This document shows, one piece after another, positions 58,210 through 64,000 of a stretch of DNA of 64,000 nt. Origin of the DNA: an uncultured Phycisphaerales bacterium. Lineage in GTDB: Bacteria; Planctomycetota; Phycisphaerae; Tepidisphaerales; Tepidisphaeraceae. Location of the stretch: contig CAWJPJ010000006.1 of assembly GCA_963844715.1 (NCBI GenBank), positions 1 through 64,000 on the forward strand. Direction: 5' to 3'. The position numbers and the translations under genes were made by a program. Under the pieces are notes generated by a model. It saw nothing but the letters and a program-made list of their open reading frames with translations, was not told the DNA's origin and did no database searches. Numbering within the stretch: the stretch's first letter is position 1; the number at the start of each line of letters is the position of its first letter.

Positions 58210-58475
58210 ATCAGTTCCCTGCCTTTGCGGTCTGGGATCAGGTCCGGTCCGCAGATCGCCGGCGTAACGCCTTTGAGGAGGTCCTTTTCCGTCCATTTCT
58301 TTCGGGACTTGGCGCGGCGGATAGTGATGGCGTCCCCTTTGATGCGCACGTCCACTTCTTCGCCCTCCTTCAGCTTAAGACGGTCCACGCCTTCCTGCGG
58401 AATGCGAAACCCGAGGCTATTTCCCCAGCGCGCCACTTTGCTGACCTTCTCGATGGCTCCAGATCCCATGCACAA
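58206..58475 (-). CDS. mazE: MazE/AbrB antitoxin
   Basis: KVARWGNSLGFRIP...DLLKGVTP...GRELI. Confidence 0.9.
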   Translation of the reverse strand: MCMGSGAIEKVSKVARWGNSLGFRIPQEGVDRLKLKEGEEVDVRIKGDAITIRRAKSRKKWTEKDLLKGVTPAICGPDLIPDRKGRELI

Positions 58476-58673
58476 CTCTCCTTGAGGATATACTTAGGAT
58501 ATACTCTTATCGACCATTCGTCCAGGCCGGTTGATTCGCGCCTTTGTGATGTCATCCGATACCACGGCTCTTTGCCTCCATCAGGTTTTACGGGCTCCTC
58601 TCTGTCGCGGTTTGGGGGATTATAGAGGGTGTCTTGAGAATCCTCATATCGCACTATTCCTTCAACTGCGTAA

Positions 58674-59189
<516 letters not shown>

Positions 59190-59254
59190 TTGGCGGCGGG
59201 CATGATGCCGGCGGTGACGATTCCGGTTGCGACAACCCGGCCCCAGTCGGATTG

Positions 59255-62200
59255 TTACTGAAGCCAAGAATCTTGATCGTTGTTGGAATCGTCGGAGTTG
59301 TTGGAATCCAACGTGTTGGTCGACGACGGGGACGAAGCGCCGAACGCTGAGGAGACACCCGACCCGGTGGCGGGGGCGGCGCTGGAAGATGATCCGCTGG
59401 AATCGGAACCGTCGTTGGCGGCCTGCCGGAAGGGGTCGGGGATGGGTACCGGCGGGGCGACGGAAACGTCGCTGAACCACCAGCGGAATTTCATCGGGAT
59501 CCGCACCACCGGAATGGGGTCGTCTATGACGACGGTGGTCGCCGCTTCACCGTTGTTGAAGGTGAGCGTGTAGGTCCCGGCGCGGTCGACCGAGAGGCGT
59601 GTGAAGACGACGTATCCATCGGAGAAGGTCTCGGAGGTGTCGCCGGAGAGAGCTGCGCCGGCGGGGCCGGACGATAGGGTTACGTTGCAGGTGGACGTAT
59701 CGGTGGTGATGATGTTCCCCGATTCGTCCGTGATTTCGAGTTTCACGTTCGCAAAAACGTCGCCGAACTGCTCGGCGGTGATGGTTTGCCTGACGACGAC
59801 CAAATGCCGGATGGGGGGGATGTCATCGAAAGAGTTCGAGGTGATCACCGGGAAGCTGCTGTCGGTGGCCTGAAGCTTATAAGTGCCGACTTCGCTGAGC
59901 GAAAGATTGTTGAAACTCGCCGCGCCGCTCTGCGCGGTCTGGGTTAGCGTTCCGGTGAGCTGTCCCGGCCCGCTGGCAAGCGTCAGGGTAACGGTGGAAT
60001 TGTCGCTGGTGACGCGATTTCCGTATTGGTCCTCGATATCGACGACGACGGGAGGCGTCATCGTGAAGCCCGTCGCGACGGTGGAAGGTTGCTGTGCAAA
60101 CGCCAGCTGCGATGCCGCGGCCGGGCTCACGGTAAACGAGTTGGAGACCGCCCCGAGGAGATCGCCGTCCACGACTTCGACCGAGTATGTTCCGGCAGTG
60201 GTGATGGAAAGGTCGCCGAATGTCGCGACGCCGTTCACCGCCTGGACGGTCAAGGTTCCGCTTAGAGTTGCCGAACTGGGACCGGTCGCGATGGAGATGG
60301 TGACGTACGAATCGTCGGCCGTATCCAGCGCGCCCGTCGAGTCTTCCACGTCCACGGTCACGTCGGGCATGGTATTTCCGGCGGTTATATTGCTGGGCTG
60401 CTGTTGGAAGGCCAACTGAACCGGGGCCGTTAGAGTAATGTGGAAGCTGTCGGACACCGCGCCGGTGAGGGAACCGTCGCTGGCGCCGAGGGTGTAGAGG
60501 CCGACCTGGTCGAGCGCCACATTATCAAAGGTCGCGATTCCGCCGGATGTGGCGACGGTCGTCGTCCCGCTGATATCACCCGGCCCGCTGGCAACAGAGA
60601 GCGTCACATCCGACGAATCGGTGGTAACAAGATTCCCGAAGGCGTCTTCAACATCCACGACCACCGGCGGACTGATCGGCGTGCTGATGACCGTATTGAT
60701 CGGCTGAGCCGTGAAAACAAGCTGCGCCGACGCGGCGGGAGAGATGGTAAAGCTGCTGGTCGTGGCGGTGGCGAGGCTGCCGTCGGTGGCAGTGAGCGTG
60801 TAGTCGCCGGCGGTGTCCAGAATCACATTGTCGAACGTGGCCACGCCGTTAACCGCGGCGACCGAGACCGTTCCGCTGAGCGTTCCCGGCCCGCTGTGGA
60901 CGGAGAGCACGACCGTTGACGTGTTGCCCGCGACAATCGCGCCTGTGGGGTCCTCAACGTCAACGACAATGGCCGGGCTGTTGGGATCGCCGGCGATCGC
61001 GTCGCTGGGCTGCTGCGCAATGCCCAATTGAGACGCGGCGCCGTTGCTGACGGTGAAGCTGCTGGAGATCGCCGAGGTCAGGCTCCCGTCGGTGGCGGCC
61101 AGCGTGTACGTTCCGGGTGAATTCACAATGACATTGCTGAAAGTCGCAACGCCTTGGCTGGCGGCGACGGTCGTCGTTCCGCTCAGGGATCCGGAGCCGG
61201 TGTGGATAGCCAGCGACACATTTGAGCTGTTTCCCGTGACGATGTTCCCAAACGCGTCCTCGACGTCCACCACGACGGCAGGGCTGATGATGGCCCCGGT
61301 GGCGACGTCGCTGGGTTCAGTAAAATAAGCGAGCTTGGCCGCGGCGGCGGCGCTGACCGTAAACGAACTGGAATTCGCCGCCGTGAGGCTGCCGTCGGAA
61401 GCGGTGAGGGTGTAGCTGCCAGCGGTGTCGATGAGCACGTTGCTGAAAGTCGCGACGCCGCTCGATGTGCCGACCGTGACGGTGCCGCTGAGCGTCCCCG
61501 GCCCGGAATGGACGGACAGTGTCACGTTGGATGGACCGGCGGTAACAATATTTCCGAAGTGATCCTCAACATCGACGGTCATCGCGGGGCTGATCGCGAT
61601 GCCGGCGGTGACGCTGGAAGGCTGCTGGTTGAAGACAACCTGGCTTGCGGCGGCGGGGCTGATGGTGAAGCTGCCCGATGTAGCCGCGGAATCGGTTCCA
61701 TCGGTCGCGTTGAGCGAATAGGTTCCGGCAGTGTCGAGGGAGACGTTGCTGAAGGTTGCGACGCCATTCACGGCCTGAACGGAGACGTTTCCCGAGAGAA
61801 GCCCGGGGCCGCTGTGCACGGACAGGGTGACGGTGGAATTGTCGGAGGTGTCGATGTTTCCGTATTGATCCTCGACGTCGACGGTAAAAGAAGGGAGGAC
61901 TCCGGCGGTGGTACTCACGGGCTGGGAAGTGTAAACCAACTGGGTAGAGGAAGTGATCTCGAAGATCGTGCCGGGGTTGGAGACGCCGACCGTGTTGCCG
62001 CCTGTGGTGGTGCCGAAAAGGTCTCCGTTGCTATCCATGCGAAGGCCAACCTGCGGTTGTGCGCCGTCCTGACCGGCGGTGCCGCCAGTAAACGAATGGA
62101 GGATGGTGATGGCGGTAGCGCCAACGGGAAGCTCCCAGACGTCGCCTTGTCCGCTTGGGCCGCCGCCTGTTTCGGTGGTGCCAAAGATGTCTCCCACGCT

Positions 62201-63289
62201 GTCTATAATGGGAGCGCCCCAGGGGAACTGTCCCGGATCAGCTCCGCTGTTACCTGTGAAGGCGATAAGGATCGTGGGAGCCGAGGCGTAGCCGTTGCCA
62301 ACTCTGGGAAGCTCGAAGAGTTCACCGAGGTTCCCGGAGGAGCCGCCTGACTGGGTGGTACCGAAGAGGTCGCCGTTGGCGTCCATAACGAGCCCGGAGT
62401 CGGGCTCGCGGCCGTCGGGTTTACCCGTGGAATTTGGGTCCCCGAGAAACGTATAGAGAACATTAACGGACATCGCGCCGGGGGTGTACTCGTAAATAGT
62501 CCCGCTGCCGGTTACGCCCAGAGTGGCATTTAAATTACCACCTTGGCGTGCGGTGCCGTAGAAATTTCCATTGTAGTAGAGAAGTCCCCCGTATGGATTT
62601 TTTCCGTCGGCTTCTCCCGAGAAGGAATAGACGATTTGTGCGGCAGTGGCAAAGCCGCCGGAGCCGTTGGAGGCCAGTTCGTAAATCGCGCCATGTCCCG
62701 CGGTGCCACCGATCTTGGTTGTCCCCCAAATGTTTCCGCTCGCGTCGAAGGTGACCCCGCTGTAGGGCTCGTAGTCAGCCGGTAAGCCATTCACGAGGAC
62801 GGTGGGAAATTGATACAGCTCGGTAAAGGTGCTGGTGGCGATATTATAATCGTAGATAGTTCCCGAGCCCTCCGCTCCGCCGGCGAAGGTCGTACCGTAA
62901 AGAGTATTTCCCACGAGTTTGGGGCCGGACATCGGGTCGGAGCCGTCGGCGGCTCCGCTGAAGTTGTAGAGGGTGGTAATTGTGCTGGAACCCGCGGCAA
63001 GTTCCCAGACTGTTCCGTCGTTGTTGGCGCCGCCGGTGGAAGTGGTTCCGTAGAGATTGCCGCTGCTGTCGACGGCGGGCTTGGAGTAGGGGTCGGAGCC
63101 GTTAGCTCCGGTAAAAGTCGCGAGTTGGCTATACCCGCTAAGAAGCATTCGGCATTCCAGCGGCTCGACGCGGTATTCTGCGCCGCGGAGCTGATTGAAA
63201 CGCCGGGTAAGCCGCGCCAGACAACAGCGCGCGGATGCGGACAGCTTGGGACCGATGCAGCCGGAGACGAATCGCTCAACGATGGACAT
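59255..63289 (-). CDS. Large extracellular protein: LEPR-XLL-type motif, GloVer-like tandem repeats, ~100-aa Ig-like repeats
   Basis: VEPLECRMLLS; GNLYGTT..GG....GTV.EL repeats; repeated QL.F.QQPS...VDVED.FGN. Confidence 0.88.
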   Translation of the reverse strand: MSIVERFVSGCIGPKLSASARCCLARLTRRFNQLRGAEYRVEPLECRMLLSGYSQLATFTGANGSDPYSKPAVDSSGNLYGTTSTGGANNDGTVWELAAGSSTITTLYNFSGAADGSDPMSGPKLVGNTLYGTTFAGGAEGSGTIYDYNIATSTFTELYQFPTVLVNGLPADYEPYSGVTFDASGNIWGTTKIGGTAGHGAIYELASNGSGGFATAAQIVYSFSGEADGKNPYGGLLYYNGNFYGTARQGGNLNATLGVTGSGTIYEYTPGAMSVNVLYTFLGDPNSTGKPDGREPDSGLVMDANGDLFGTTQSGGSSGNLGELFELPRVGNGYASAPTILIAFTGNSGADPGQFPWGAPIIDSVGDIFGTTETGGGPSGQGDVWELPVGATAITILHSFTGGTAGQDGAQPQVGLRMDSNGDLFGTTTGGNTVGVSNPGTIFEITSSTQLVYTSQPVSTTAGVLPSFTVDVEDQYGNIDTSDNSTVTLSVHSGPGLLSGNVSVQAVNGVATFSNVSLDTAGTYSLNATDGTDSAATSGSFTISPAAASQVVFNQQPSSVTAGIAISPAMTVDVEDHFGNIVTAGPSNVTLSVHSGPGTLSGTVTVGTSSGVATFSNVLIDTAGSYTLTASDGSLTAANSSSFTVSAAAAAKLAYFTEPSDVATGAIISPAVVVDVEDAFGNIVTGNSSNVSLAIHTGSGSLSGTTTVAASQGVATFSNVIVNSPGTYTLAATDGSLTSAISSSFTVSNGAASQLGIAQQPSDAIAGDPNSPAIVVDVEDPTGAIVAGNTSTVVLSVHSGPGTLSGTVSVAAVNGVATFDNVILDTAGDYTLTATDGSLATATTSSFTISPAASAQLVFTAQPINTVISTPISPPVVVDVEDAFGNLVTTDSSDVTLSVASGPGDISGTTTVATSGGIATFDNVALDQVGLYTLGASDGSLTGAVSDSFHITLTAPVQLAFQQQPSNITAGNTMPDVTVDVEDSTGALDTADDSYVTISIATGPSSATLSGTLTVQAVNGVATFGDLSITTAGTYSVEVVDGDLLGAVSNSFTVSPAAASQLAFAQQPSTVATGFTMTPPVVVDIEDQYGNRVTSDNSTVTLTLASGPGQLTGTLTQTAQSGAASFNNLSLSEVGTYKLQATDSSFPVITSNSFDDIPPIRHLVVVRQTITAEQFGDVFANVKLEITDESGNIITTDTSTCNVTLSSGPAGAALSGDTSETFSDGYVVFTRLSVDRAGTYTLTFNNGEAATTVVIDDPIPVVRIPMKFRWWFSDVSVAPPVPIPDPFRQAANDGSDSSGSSSSAAPATGSGVSSAFGASSPSSTNTLDSNNSDDSNNDQDSWLQ

Positions 63290-63575
63290 GGCACTCAGTT
63301 GTTTTTCAAAACCCTAATCGGACACCACTACGCCGCGTGCCCAGTCGCGGCGTATTCCTTGTTACGCGCAAAATTTATCGGCACGCGGCGCAAATCGAAT
63401 AAATGCGATTCTTTGGGCCGCAATGAGCCGGTAAAACCTTCACAGGCAAGGCAGATACACGATGCAAAATTTCGCACGAACCCCGTTATCAGTATTGAAA
63501 CCGGGGTTGATTCAAACCCGGCTTCGGCAGCTCGTGGAAGGCACATGGCTGGGGTGATAGCGGTAAAATGTCGCG

Positions 63576-64000
63576 ATGCGAAACTTTGACAGCCTTTCGG
63601 AGCGCGAAGTTCTGGCTTTGGCGATTGGTATGGAAGAGGAGGACGCCCGCGTCTATGCCGACTATGCCGACGGACTTCGGGAAAAGTTTCCCGCCTCGGC
63701 GGAAGTCTTCTTGAAAATGCGCGACCAGGAAATCGGTCACCGAAAGCGACTCACTGAACTCTACCAACAAAAGTTCGGAGACCACATCCCGCTGCTTCGG
63801 CGGCAAGACGTCAAAGGATTCATCAAGCGGCGCCCCATCTGGCTGGTCCGCCCGCTGGGACTGGAAGCCGTCCGCAAGCAGGCGGCGACCATGGAAGCGG
63901 AGGTGCAACGATTTTACTCGGCCGCCGCAAAACGCGCGACGGACATGGGCGTGCGGAGTCTTCTGATTGATCTGGCCGAGGAGGAACGCGGGCACGAACA
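63576..64000 (+). CDS. mbfA: Ferritin/rubrerythrin-domain iron exporter (runs off window)
   Basis: Manual translation MRNFDSLSEREVLALAIGMEEEDARVY...FGDHIPLLRRQDVKGF...LAEEERGHE. Confidence 0.82.
   Translation, partial: MRNFDSLSEREVLALAIGMEEEDARVYADYADGLREKFPASAEVFLKMRDQEIGHRKRLTELYQQKFGDHIPLLRRQDVKGFIKRRPIWLVRPLGLEAVRKQAATMEAEVQRFYSAAAKRATDMGVRSLLIDLAEEERGHE

Overview
This window is probably from a Planctomycete: the 59255-63289 protein carries a LEPR-XLL-type motif. The assembly has many 1-bp indels, and duplicated genes break at different positions, so most frameshifts look like errors. Bases 1-51.6 kb are a polymorphic-toxin island ending at a 3' tRNA-Ile fragment (att-like, 51598-51637). 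The island holds a giant SdrB/FN3-stalked Rhs/YD gene with an Ntox43-like tip and SUKH immunity, followed by seven 5'-truncated Rhs C-terminal/immunity cassettes. Between the cassettes lie two complete and two partial copies of a ~6.2-kb element: XRE repressor / CHC2-Toprim primase fused to an AAA+ ATPase / tyrosine recombinase. The element has a hairpin-bearing left end and a fixed, dif-like right end that abuts truncated Rhs cores. Four cassette breakpoints fall within the same ~10 bp of the Rhs core, and a near-perfect 2.1-kb direct repeat brackets 31.5 kb of the array. Two different IS1111-type (IS110) elements carry non-coding guides matching the element's left and right ends. IS21, IS5, IS3 and rve transposons are also present. 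The main hypothesis is a primase/recombinase-driven toxin-cassette shuffling system. After 51.7 kb the sequence is backbone: an RND efflux pair, a secreted protein, mazEF, a cupin-AKR deletion fusion, a large extracellular repeat protein and the start of mbfA.
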